Below are positions 18,949-26,848 of a stretch of DNA of 64,000 nt, in pieces (the first letter of the stretch is position 1; each line of letters begins with the position of its first letter). The stretch lies in the IMG/VR virus record IMGVR_UViG_3300027741_000054, one strand, 5' to 3'. The notes under the pieces were generated by a model. That model saw only the letters and a list, made by a program, of their open reading frames with translations, was not told the DNA's origin and searched no databases. The DNA is from an uncultured virus (IMG/VR IMGVR_UViG_3300027741_000054) (Duplodnaviria; Heunggongvirae; Uroviricota; Caudoviricetes). A program made the position numbers and the translations under genes.

Positions 18949-19401
18949 ATGAGTAATATGGAAATCGCAAAGCAACACTTCACCGCTGAACCCATTCAGG
19001 CATCGGTGAGTATCAAACCCGAACGCTCCACAAAAAGTGGCCGAACACTCAAAGCGGTGTTTGGACGATGGGATGGCTCTGCCCTCATCACTGATACAGG
19101 ACGGCTCTGCCCGAAGAAGGAGTTTGCCCTAATCACCAAGACCAAGGGTGCTCAATTAGCATCCAAGGTTGAAGAAGCGGTGGCAAGGTTCAATGACCTT
19201 TCGATTGCAAGAATGGCACTCGAATCGAAATTGATTGCAGAGGGGAAACGCACCGCCTTCCGAGTCTATGCCGATCCCAAATCGGGACGCACCATCATCG
19301 AAACGGCCTTGGCAAACAAGGATGCGAAATTGATTAAGCAGATGAAGGATGCAGGATGCACCGAGGCTCAAATTGAGGCGGTGCTGGCAAAGCGGGGATA
19401 A
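18949..19401 (+). CDS. Hypothetical basic protein, first gene of the early region
   Basis: 150 aa, AAAGGAAA RBS, followed by a strong terminator. Confidence 0.75.
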   Translation: MSNMEIAKQHFTAEPIQASVSIKPERSTKSGRTLKAVFGRWDGSALITDTGRLCPKKEFALITKTKGAQLASKVEEAVARFNDLSIARMALESKLIAEGKRTAFRVYADPKSGRTIIETALANKDAKLIKQMKDAGCTEAQIEAVLAKRG

Positions 19402-19413
19402 GGTAACACTGGA

Positions 19414-19447
19414 GAGGGGGGAGGGAAACCTCCCCCCTCCCTTTTTT
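19414..19447 (+). terminator. Rho-independent terminator
   Basis: GAGGGGGGAGG-GAAA-CCTCCCCCCTC perfect 11-bp stem followed by CCTTTTTT. Confidence 0.85.
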
Positions 19448-19489
19448 ATTTCAAAGAATCCAAGAATCTTAGAATCTATGATACCAAGC

Positions 19490-19954
19490 TTAACCAGCTG
19501 TAATGTCGATGGCCTGCTTCATTGCATCATCGCTTCGAAGAACGGCGAGGTTAACGATCGTCTTGCCATTGCTTCCTTGATTCTGCGAAGCCAAGCCCAA
19601 TGCAGGTCGAGCTATACGATCAACTTTCTCCAAGACTTCGATATGATCTTTCAATTCCTTCCTGCTTCCAGGCATCTCGGCTTCGAGGACGTCCAAACTA
19701 TGGTCAACTTGATTAGCAATCCTGTTCAGATATCGAGCCTGCTTATCGATGCTACTTTGTACGACGGCCTGTGTATTAGCTTGTATAATCTTGTGGGTCA
19801 CGGCATCCTTCTTGGCTTTCCAACCGCTTCTTCGAATCTTTGCATCCAAGGTGTTAAGACTCAACACATATGTAGCAGCGAGAAAGCTACGGCTTTTCCC
19901 TTGGATATAATCCTTCTCGACAGCTTTCCAGTCTACACTCAACGACTTACCCAT
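19490..19954 (-). CDS. Probable terminase small subunit (N-terminal HTH)
   Basis: VDWKAVEKDYIQG...LAATY...L...IRRSGW pattern of TerS-like HTH; helical core; ..ARxALGL C-terminal pattern. Confidence 0.6.
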   Translation of the reverse strand: MGKSLSVDWKAVEKDYIQGKSRSFLAATYVLSLNTLDAKIRRSGWKAKKDAVTHKIIQANTQAVVQSSIDKQARYLNRIANQVDHSLDVLEAEMPGSRKELKDHIEVLEKVDRIARPALGLASQNQGSNGKTIVNLAVLRSDDAMKQAIDITAG

Positions 19955-19960
19955 AAGCCT

Positions 19961-19989
19961 AGCTTATTACGTGACGTGCACGGCGTCAA
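19961..19989 (-). promoter_or_regulatory. Promoter TTGACG-N17-TAAGCT, leaderless
   Basis: -10 ends 6 nt before ATG 19954. Confidence 0.65.
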
Positions 19990-20079
19990 TGCATCTTTGA
20001 ATCATCGATTCCTTGAAGCAATGCACGGGTTGCACAATGAACTTTCACCTTCATCCCCCCTGCCTTTCGGGTCGTTCCC

Positions 20080-20115
20080 GAAGGGGGAGGGGGAACCGCA
20101 GCGTATAGGGATTGT
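20080..20115 (+). promoter_or_regulatory. Putative early promoter, copy 2 (GAAGGGGG-N13-GCGTATAGGGATTGT)
   Basis: Motif shared with 18847-18883; heads the long early gene train. Confidence 0.55.
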
Positions 20116-20160
20116 AGCGAGGAACCCCAAGGGGCAACCCCTCGAAGAAAGGAAAACAAA

Positions 20161-20343
20161 ATGAGTCTGAAGCAGGAAGTCGAAGCTTATCTAAGCAACC
20201 TAAGGGTAGCTCATCAAACTGAGTTAGATGGACCTTGCACTAAGAATGACTGGCTTAGTGACGAGGCGATGAGGTTTGAGGGACGCATTAAGGCTGCCGA
20301 GCACATTCTAAATCTTATTGAAATAGAGGAGGCAAAACAATGA
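20161..20343 (+). CDS. Hypothetical protein
   Basis: 60 aa, AAAGGAAA RBS. Confidence 0.7.
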   Translation: MSLKQEVEAYLSNLRVAHQTELDGPCTKNDWLSDEAMRFEGRIKAAEHILNLIEIEEAKQ

Positions 20344-20825
20344 GTAACACATACCTTCAAGACTTCGGTCTGCTACGCAAGCAGGCCAATGCACAGCAAG
20401 TCAATGACCCTATGTCTGGCAGTGCCAGATGGGATGACCTGCAACTTGACCTACGCAAACCCCATATCCCGAAGCCTCGCAGAGCGTCAATGCCTGCTAA
20501 CCGCAAGCTTAAGATTGGTGACCTTGAGATCAGTATCAGGGAGCCCGATGCCAAGCTGACCACGGCTTTTGGATTCGTGACCAATGGAGTTTACAAGCAC
20601 AAGCTAGTAACCCCCAAGGCTCACACCTACCAGCGTTCTTTGCAGGAGACCCGCGGGCAGGTCAAAGACCCCAAGGATGCGGAGCTTTACTGCCCCCATC
20701 GTTCAGTGGCCGAGGCCATCAAGCGGTATGTCCGCAAGGCTAGGTTTGCCACCATCCCAAGCGTGGCTGACAAGTATCGTGAGAAGATTAGACTGCTATG
20801 GCCAGCACGGAGGGTCGGGCGATGA
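20340..20825 (+). CDS. Hypothetical basic protein
   Basis: 161 aa, GGAGG RBS, ATGA overlaps at both ends. Confidence 0.7.
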   Translation: MSNTYLQDFGLLRKQANAQQVNDPMSGSARWDDLQLDLRKPHIPKPRRASMPANRKLKIGDLEISIREPDAKLTTAFGFVTNGVYKHKLVTPKAHTYQRSLQETRGQVKDPKDAELYCPHRSVAEAIKRYVRKARFATIPSVADKYREKIRLLWPARRVGR

Positions 20826-21073
20826 AGTGTGTCATCTGTGACGATCTTATCGAGGCCGAGCGTATCAACCTAGGCTTCTCCAAGTGCAAGGGCTGTGCGT
20901 TCCTGCACCCCGAAGCCAAAGTGCTTGGGGCGATGGTCTATTCGGATAAGACGGGTGGGGCAATCAATGTGATGAGTCCTGAAAGCTTTGATGACTACAA
21001 ACGAATTTCGCGCAGGGTCGGTCAGCGTTCGGCACTTCGGAATGTGCTGGACAATGGCGGTCGCTCGCAATAA
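20822..21073 (+). CDS. C4 zinc-finger protein (DksA/TraR-finger-like)
   Basis: CVICDDLIEAER...KCKGC spacing matches the CxxC..I...R..CxxC finger. Confidence 0.6.
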   Translation: MKCVICDDLIEAERINLGFSKCKGCAFLHPEAKVLGAMVYSDKTGGAINVMSPESFDDYKRISRRVGQRSALRNVLDNGGRSQ

Positions 21074-21092
21074 CCAAAAGGAGACACATACA

Positions 21093-21398
21093 ATGAGTGA
21101 TAAGTCAGCGTTTGATATTCACCAAGCTGGTGAGGGGAGGTTGCAGGACAAGGGCTTCTTCCTCCGCTTCAACAACGGATACGAGATCAGTGTCCAGTTC
21201 GGAGCTTGGCTCCACTGCGACGGAGGTAAGACCACGGCAGAGGTTGCCGTGTTTGACCCTGAAGGTGACCTAGTCAAGCTCGCGGAGAATAACGATGTGC
21301 TTGGGCGCGTCTCTCCCGAGAAGGTAGCAGAACTGATGTTCGACTACTCGATGAAGGTATTCGACAAGTCGAAGAAAGTTGAGGAGGAAACCGTATGA
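21093..21398 (+). CDS. Hypothetical protein
   Basis: AAGGAG RBS; FNNGYEISVQFG..AEVAV pattern seen in phage early proteins. Confidence 0.7.
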   Translation: MSDKSAFDIHQAGEGRLQDKGFFLRFNNGYEISVQFGAWLHCDGGKTTAEVAVFDPEGDLVKLAENNDVLGRVSPEKVAELMFDYSMKVFDKSKKVEEETV

Positions 21399-21598
21399 GT
21401 CACGAAATCAACGGACAAACCCGCTGGACTCCCGAGCAGTTCGGAGCTTTCGCCGCGGGCACAGCGGAAGGTGCAGACCCTACCAAGACTGCCTGTCCTG
21501 TTTGCAAGGGCACGGGCTTGGATTGGAACAATGTATGGCCAACTGGCATGGCCTCGCACTGCGAGGAATGCGATGGCTACGGAGAGGTAAACAAATGA
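21395..21598 (+). CDS. Small DnaJ-type zinc-finger protein
   Basis: CPVCKGTG and CEECDGYG repeats. Confidence 0.7.
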   Translation: MSHEINGQTRWTPEQFGAFAAGTAEGADPTKTACPVCKGTGLDWNNVWPTGMASHCEECDGYGEVNK

Positions 21599-21945
21599 GC
21601 GATGCTTACATTCAACTGAATGGCATTGAGTATTACGGCAAGCTGGTTAAGACTGGCTGTCGCAATCACCACCCTATGTCGGCGTATGCTGGCAAGCGGG
21701 CGTTTGATATGTCCAAGGAACCATCGGACGATAGCTGGACTCACTGGTACATCTTCGAATCCGAGATGCCATTGCCCAACTTCTATGACTCTACGTTCAT
21801 TCACTCGCTGGACTATGCCAGCTGGATGGATGTGGACAGAGATGACTGCGAAGCTGCGGGACAGATGTTCCGTCGCAGAGCTTACATCTCAAAGATGGGC
21901 CAGTGGAAGATGGTCATCACCCAAAGCGGAGGGAGGGACATATGA
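21595..21945 (+). CDS. Hypothetical protein
   Basis: ATGA-coupled ORF (MSDAYIQ). Confidence 0.65.
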   Translation: MSDAYIQLNGIEYYGKLVKTGCRNHHPMSAYAGKRAFDMSKEPSDDSWTHWYIFESEMPLPNFYDSTFIHSLDYASWMDVDRDDCEAAGQMFRRRAYISKMGQWKMVITQSGGRDI

Positions 21946-22226
21946 GAGGTAGACCCATCGATCTCAAACACGTCGTGACCAATGCCAGCCAAGCTTACTA
22001 CGGGCGAAGGCTGAATGTGGTCGACTGGAAGAGGAACATCAGTATGGCCAACCGCCAGAGCCGAGCCACCATCGCGCTCAAACGGAGCGAAGGTTTGGAG
22101 TATCAGTATGCCTTGACTGACATTCATCGGGCGATCGTCAAGAAAGCTATGATGACTCCCGACCAAGCTTATCAACGAAACAAGGTAACCAAGAAGCTAG
22201 GGCTTGCTTGGGTTATGTGCGGATGA
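21942..22226 (+). CDS. Hypothetical basic protein
   Basis: ATGA-coupled ORF (MRGRPID) with GGAGG RBS. Confidence 0.65.
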   Translation: MRGRPIDLKHVVTNASQAYYGRRLNVVDWKRNISMANRQSRATIALKRSEGLEYQYALTDIHRAIVKKAMMTPDQAYQRNKVTKKLGLAWVMCG

Positions 22227-22316
22227 GTGCCGAGAGAATTAAGTTGTGGATTTGGTTGGCTTACCAAACCCCATCACCAAAGCTTTGGCACGGAAACAAC
22301 TAAGCGGATAGACCAA

Positions 22317-22366
22317 CTGACCTGCTGCCCGCGGGCAGGTCAGAAGTCTGGCCGATAGGCTGGAAA
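22317..22366 (+). repeat. Tandem hairpin element, copy 1
   Basis: CTGACCTGC/GCAGGTCAG stem followed by AGTCTGGCCGATAGGCTGGAAA. Confidence 0.7.
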
Positions 22367-22635
22367 TGAAAGTAACACTAACCAAGAAAGAATCAGTAAA
22401 TATGAAACTGAATAACGAAGGTAAGATAGTCATTGAAGTGAAACACGGCGTGTCTTCGGACGGGAGTCTGAACGGCCGTTACTATATGGCCAGCATTGAA
22501 GGCTGGACTGGTGAGGGCTTGACCGAAGCGGACGCGGTGCGCGATGCGCATCAGTCCCGTGCGGAAGCTTTGACCAAGCTTCACCACAACAACCGCGTGT
22601 TTGGAACGCGCCTAAACTTCGAGGTGGTCTCGTGA
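22366..22635 (+). CDS. Hypothetical protein
   Basis: ORF in early gene train; start may be ATG 22402. Confidence 0.6.
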   Translation: MKVTLTKKESVNMKLNNEGKIVIEVKHGVSSDGSLNGRYYMASIEGWTGEGLTEADAVRDAHQSRAEALTKLHHNNRVFGTRLNFEVVS

Positions 22636-22705
22636 GTTGGGCGGAGTTCTTTGAGGTGATGACGATCATCATCCAACTCGTGTGTGCGTTTCTGGTAATC
22701 CCTAG

Positions 22706-23122
22706 TTGCCTAGTCGCAGCTACGATTCTCCTACACCGCCTTCTCAAGATGGCTGCGGAGGAATTGAATTGAAAGCTGGGGACAAGTTATGGGTCGATGC
22801 CCAAATGATTGAGATCTTGAAAGGTCACAATCTTGGGCGGAAGTTCCGCTTGAACACTGGCGTGGTCGAAGTAGCTGGCGACATCTACACCGATGACACG
22901 ATGGTGCCGAAGGAACTGAATGTAAAGATCGGTGATGCCCGTTGGGTCAGCCTGCCTTTGGGTGAGCTGGAACGTCCGTGGCGTTACCCAACCTTCCGCC
23001 GTCTGCTTGCGGTTATCCGCTCGTGGACTTGTGACTGGTTGTTCCGTGCTCGTAAGAAAGAGCAGGGAATCGACATCGAAGAAACAATCAACAATGAGGA
23101 GAACGACAATGATCAAAGTTAA
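22706..23122 (+). CDS. Hypothetical protein
   Basis: ORF in early gene train; start probably TTG near 22769 after GGAGG. Confidence 0.55.
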   Translation: MPSRSYDSPTPPSQDGCGGIELKAGDKLWVDAQMIEILKGHNLGRKFRLNTGVVEVAGDIYTDDTMVPKELNVKIGDARWVSLPLGELERPWRYPTFRRLLAVIRSWTCDWLFRARKKEQGIDIEETINNEENDNDQS

Positions 23123-23573
23123 GCTTGGTTGGGGGTGGATGCGTTTCCACTTCTTCGGGAACAGATTCAACAATGCCATCGTGGCTAACGTGGAGTTTCG
23201 GCCTCTCGGCTTTGAACTTTATCGCGGTAGTCACTCGGCACTTATCTACTTGGAGCTTGTCATCGGTACGCTGATGATCAAGTTGAGCAAATGAAGGCTG
23301 ACAAATACTTAGATACTTGCACGGAAGCAGAGTGCGAGTTTGTATATGAGAGGTTTTACGGCCAATCGACGCATGAATTGGTTGAAGATCTCCTAAGTTA
23401 CATTGACCACGAACCTATTAAACAATTAGTCGAAAACTATAGAAAGGAAACCAAATGAGTAACACCGAGAAACTTAAAGCGGCATTACAGGACTTTGTGG
23501 ACTTCCACAACGACCCGAATATGCCGATGGCTGAACTTGTTAAACGGGCTGAACAAGCCTTGGAGGAAACCAA

Positions 23574-23960
23574 ATGAGTTACCCAATCGAAGTCGTGGCC
23601 GAGAAGGGAACGCTCCAGCGCAGGCTGGGGCTGACCCCTATCGACCGAACCTCAACAGCAGACTTCCCGAAAGGGAAGGTGACCATCAGAACAAACAGAG
23701 TTCCCACCTTGTCAGAGGGCGGAGCTTATGCGTTCTACTACTCCAACCCCAAAGGTTACAGAGCAGTGTGTCACGTCGGCCCTGTGTTTGAATACACAAG
23801 CCAAGGAAGAGTTGCCAGTGATGAAATGTATTATCACTTCAATTCTGGGGTCTTGAAGAAATCTGAACTCGACGCGTTTGTCGGGACCATCAAGGCCATC
23901 GAAGCCAAAGTCGATGCCCTTATGAGAAAGGAATCCAATGGCTACCAAGACGAAATCTAG
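23574..23960 (+). CDS. Hypothetical protein
   Basis: 128 aa, GGAGG RBS. Confidence 0.7.
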   Translation: MSYPIEVVAEKGTLQRRLGLTPIDRTSTADFPKGKVTIRTNRVPTLSEGGAYAFYYSNPKGYRAVCHVGPVFEYTSQGRVASDEMYYHFNSGVLKKSELDAFVGTIKAIEAKVDALMRKESNGYQDEI

Positions 23961-24324
23961 TAAGAAGAAGCTGACCAAAGACGAGTTCAAGCGTATTCTT
24001 AATACGCATCGTCAGGAGAAGCCGAGCAAAGCCCAGTTCGATAGGCTCAAGATACTTGAGTTCATCGACATCTACGCTGATGAAGACCACAAGGAAAACA
24101 TCATCCTAGCCGATGGCTTGGACAAAGCTTTTCTTGGGCTTGCCTATCGAGATGGTGAACACGGAGCACAAGTGGCGGTGTATGGAATCTTTTCCTGCAT
24201 CCACCAACTTCAACTCGACAACAAGTGGAGCTGGGATGAAGCTGAAGAATACTTCAACTTCAACACCCGATGGGCTTATGTCGGCGAGTATACCCCGATG
24301 TTCATCGAGGAGATGGTGCGATGA
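23938..24324 (+). CDS. Conserved phage hypothetical protein
   Basis: ADGLDKAFLG..AVY..EAEEYFNFNT..AYVGEYTPMF pattern. Confidence 0.75.
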   Translation: MATKTKSSKKKLTKDEFKRILNTHRQEKPSKAQFDRLKILEFIDIYADEDHKENIILADGLDKAFLGLAYRDGEHGAQVAVYGIFSCIHQLQLDNKWSWDEAEEYFNFNTRWAYVGEYTPMFIEEMVR

Positions 24325-24569
24325 CTGCCAAGCTGACACCTCAAGAGATTAGGCAGGGCGACACCGTGTGGTGGCGCGGAAGCTTTGGTAGCGATAGCTG
24401 GGCAAAGGCAAAGGTTCATCGGATTGAACTGATGCGTCCAGGCCAAAAGGAGAATGGTCTCCTCGTCCCTTGGATTCCAACGACCATTATCGAGAACTGC
24501 GTTTTCGATCTGGACAATGGGCATTGGGCATATGGATATCAAATCAAACCAGTGGAGGAAGCTATATGA
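24321..24569 (+). CDS. Hypothetical protein (SH3-like)
   Basis: IRQGDTVWWRG...DLDNGHWAYGYQI; ATGA-coupled. Confidence 0.65.
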   Translation: MTAKLTPQEIRQGDTVWWRGSFGSDSWAKAKVHRIELMRPGQKENGLLVPWIPTTIIENCVFDLDNGHWAYGYQIKPVEEAI

Positions 24570-24805
24570 TCATCGAAGACTATCCACGCAAACAAACGTA
24601 TTTTTGTTATGTTGTTGATCGTGTGGTCAATACAAATCCTTATTTGTTTGATTCCGATGGCAACAACAAAGATGTAAATAAAAAAGTATGGGTTGCTAGA
24701 CAGGTATATCCAATGTGTATGCCAGAACAACTTACTTACTTCAAAACATTTAAAGAAGCAAAAGCTTTTTTAAATAGATGGAACAGAACGTGGGTTAGGG
24801 CATGA
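24566..24805 (+). CDS. Hypothetical protein (AT-rich)
   Basis: ATGA-coupled ORF (MIIEDY) with GGAGG RBS. Confidence 0.6.
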   Translation: MIIEDYPRKQTYFCYVVDRVVNTNPYLFDSDGNNKDVNKKVWVARQVYPMCMPEQLTYFKTFKEAKAFLNRWNRTWVRA

Positions 24806-24925
24806 ATATCCAAGACTTAAAAAAACTGGGACCTAAATCCCCAATTCGTATTAAGTTAACCGATGAGCAATGGAATGAAGTGTGGCATAAGTTTGCAACC
24901 GCTGAAAAAGAAAGGAAAGAAAAAT

Positions 24926-25135
24926 ATGATAACCTTGAACGGAAAAGTTGTAGATGTCGGCTCACTTGAGCTTGAAGGTATTGACGGCAGAGACGCTCCA
25001 GACTTCTGCGATGCATTCTTTAGTGCTGGCCAGTATAAGGATGGCACTAAGATGAGTGACGAGGATCTTGATGCGTTAAAAGAAAATCATCCCAATCTTT
25101 TTTATGATCTGATTTATGATCATATGGTGGATTAA
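24926..25135 (+). CDS. Conserved acidic phage protein
   Basis: EGID.RDAPDFCDAFFSAG pattern; AAGGA RBS. Confidence 0.7.
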   Translation: MITLNGKVVDVGSLELEGIDGRDAPDFCDAFFSAGQYKDGTKMSDEDLDALKENHPNLFYDLIYDHMVD

Positions 25136-25145
25136 AGGAGGACAC

Positions 25146-25424
25146 ATGAAACTTAACGAAACTAAACAAAACAAAAGAATCAAAATGATCAAAGACTATA
25201 GACAAGAAGTGAGGTCATTGATGGAGAAGTATGACGTGGACAGCTTCATCACCTGTCTTCGGATACACAAGTTAAACTTCATGATGAGGTATGCAAAGTT
25301 GCGGGAGCAAAAGAAGTGGATTAAGTGGTTCAAAAAGATGTCTCCCGAAGAGACCAGGAAGTACTTGGACGAAACAATCCCACCATTCTTTTGTTGGTAC
25401 GAAGGAAAGATTAAAGATGTATGA
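25146..25424 (+). CDS. Hypothetical protein
   Basis: AAGGAGG RBS before MKLNE. Confidence 0.65.
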   Translation: MKLNETKQNKRIKMIKDYRQEVRSLMEKYDVDSFITCLRIHKLNFMMRYAKLREQKKWIKWFKKMSPEETRKYLDETIPPFFCWYEGKIKDV

Positions 25425-25633
25425 GATTCTTCTACCACTTCAACAAACCTTTGACGCAACGACGCAAAGATATCTGGTGGACAATCCACTACCAGAACCA
25501 GTGCGTCCCCATCAAAGGCTTTGACTGTCGTGTGGCTACACACGATCGAAAACGCAAGAAGCAACCACTCGCAGTTGTATGGGGCGATGCTAGTAGCATC
25601 GTCATTCAGAACAACCGCGCAATCATTACATAA
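25421..25633 (+). CDS. Conserved phage hypothetical protein
   Basis: MRFFYHFNKP...KQP.AVVWG pattern; ATGA-coupled. Confidence 0.7.
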   Translation: MRFFYHFNKPLTQRRKDIWWTIHYQNQCVPIKGFDCRVATHDRKRKKQPLAVVWGDASSIVIQNNRAIIT

Positions 25634-25643
25634 GGAGCAACCA

Positions 25644-25946
25644 ATGAAAAAGAAAAAAGCAAAGGTAACAGAGAGAATCATTACAATTAACAGGGAAGGC
25701 GGAAATCTCAACGGAGTTCCATACATTCAGTTTCTTGTAGCAATGCAAGGGCTGGAAGCTTTGAATCGTGGAATGATGTTGACTCGAGTCGCAACTTCAG
25801 GTCGTTGTATGGAGATTATATCCCAGATAACGGGGAATAAATACAAACGAACCGACAGGAACAAAGCGTTGTATGATGCGGAAGTAATCATGCATGCGCT
25901 TCGGGAAGAGAAAAGACAACAGGCCGCAGACGCCTTACTCAAATGA
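25644..25946 (+). CDS. Hypothetical protein
   Basis: AAGGAG RBS before MKKKK. Confidence 0.65.
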   Translation: MKKKKAKVTERIITINREGGNLNGVPYIQFLVAMQGLEALNRGMMLTRVATSGRCMEIISQITGNKYKRTDRNKALYDAEVIMHALREEKRQQAADALLK

Positions 25947-26269
25947 GAGTTGAAGTTGAGAAAGATGATGTGAAGTTCGAATACGACGGCAAGAAGTATT
26001 CGGTAACTGGCACAGCTATCCACGAAACCCATACCGAAGACGTCGGCATCGGCTCTTATGAGTTTTGGGGTTCGCGTGGTTATGACAGCCAGATTGTCAA
26101 CCAAAGCGAGTTCTCGGAATGTGAGTTCGATAGCTTGGCAATTTATCCAGACGAGGGGATGGAAGAAGTTCCAGAACCTTCTAAAGAACTTGTCGAGGCT
26201 GCGCAGGAAGCTTTGTATCAAGCGACCTACGAAACCGCGGAAGAACGGGCTGTCGAGTTAAGCGACTAG
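25943..26269 (+). CDS. Hypothetical strongly acidic protein
   Basis: 108 aa, E/D-rich, ATGA-coupled. Confidence 0.7.
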   Translation: MRVEVEKDDVKFEYDGKKYSVTGTAIHETHTEDVGIGSYEFWGSRGYDSQIVNQSEFSECEFDSLAIYPDEGMEEVPEPSKELVEAAQEALYQATYETAEERAVELSD

Positions 26270-26274
26270 ACACT

Positions 26275-26325
26275 CTGCCCCGTCGCTCACACGGCGGGGT
26301 AGCAGTCTGGCCGATCGGCTGGAAA
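26275..26325 (+). repeat. Tandem hairpin element, copy 2
   Basis: CTGCCCCGTCG/CGGCGGGGTAG stem followed by AGTCTGGCCGATCGGCTGGAAA. Confidence 0.7.
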
Positions 26326-26340
26326 CCAACGAAAACCAAA

Positions 26341-26673
26341 ATGAAAGGACACAATATGGAACTAACAATACCATCAGAAGTGGTAGATGAGTTCGGTCGG
26401 GCGACCGAGTGGCTCAAACTATCCAATGAAAAACGCAAAGAGTATCGGACTCTATTCCTAGAATCCGCGAAGCAAGGAATCAAAAGCTGGGTAGGCCAGT
26501 ACTTCACGGTTCAGATGGATGAGCACGATAAGGCAAGACTTGCCAAACCTTTGCTCAAATCCAACCTGCTCAAGTATCTGACGCCAGAGCAAGTCAACCA
26601 CATCATCGACGCTTCAACAGTATCGAGCGAAGAGTGGCACTTTACGGCGCGAAGGATTCCGACAGGTGAGTAA
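26341..26673 (+). CDS. Hypothetical protein
   Basis: ORF in early gene train; start may be ATG 26356. Confidence 0.65.
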   Translation: MKGHNMELTIPSEVVDEFGRATEWLKLSNEKRKEYRTLFLESAKQGIKSWVGQYFTVQMDEHDKARLAKPLLKSNLLKYLTPEQVNHIIDASTVSSEEWHFTARRIPTGE

Positions 26674-26848
26674 CGCTGTAAAAGTACACGAGTCTATTCG
26701 GGAGTGGGATGGCTATGCATTGTTCGACAAGGACAATGTGCTGTCGACTCCAATGCTGTATGAGAATCTAGATACGGCAAAGGCAGACGCCTCCGAAGGA
26801 GACGATGTATGGAATGTAACTTTAATACGAAAGGATAAAATTAAATGA
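26666..26848 (+). CDS. Hypothetical protein
   Basis: 60-aa ORF overlapping both neighbours. Confidence 0.55.
   Translation: MSNAVKVHESIREWDGYALFDKDNVLSTPMLYENLDTAKADASEGDDVWNVTLIRKDKIK

Noticed and set aside
19349..20164. 271-aa plus-strand ORF
   Set aside because: Runs through a strong terminator and a promoter region and is antisense to the TerS-like gene; no protein motifs
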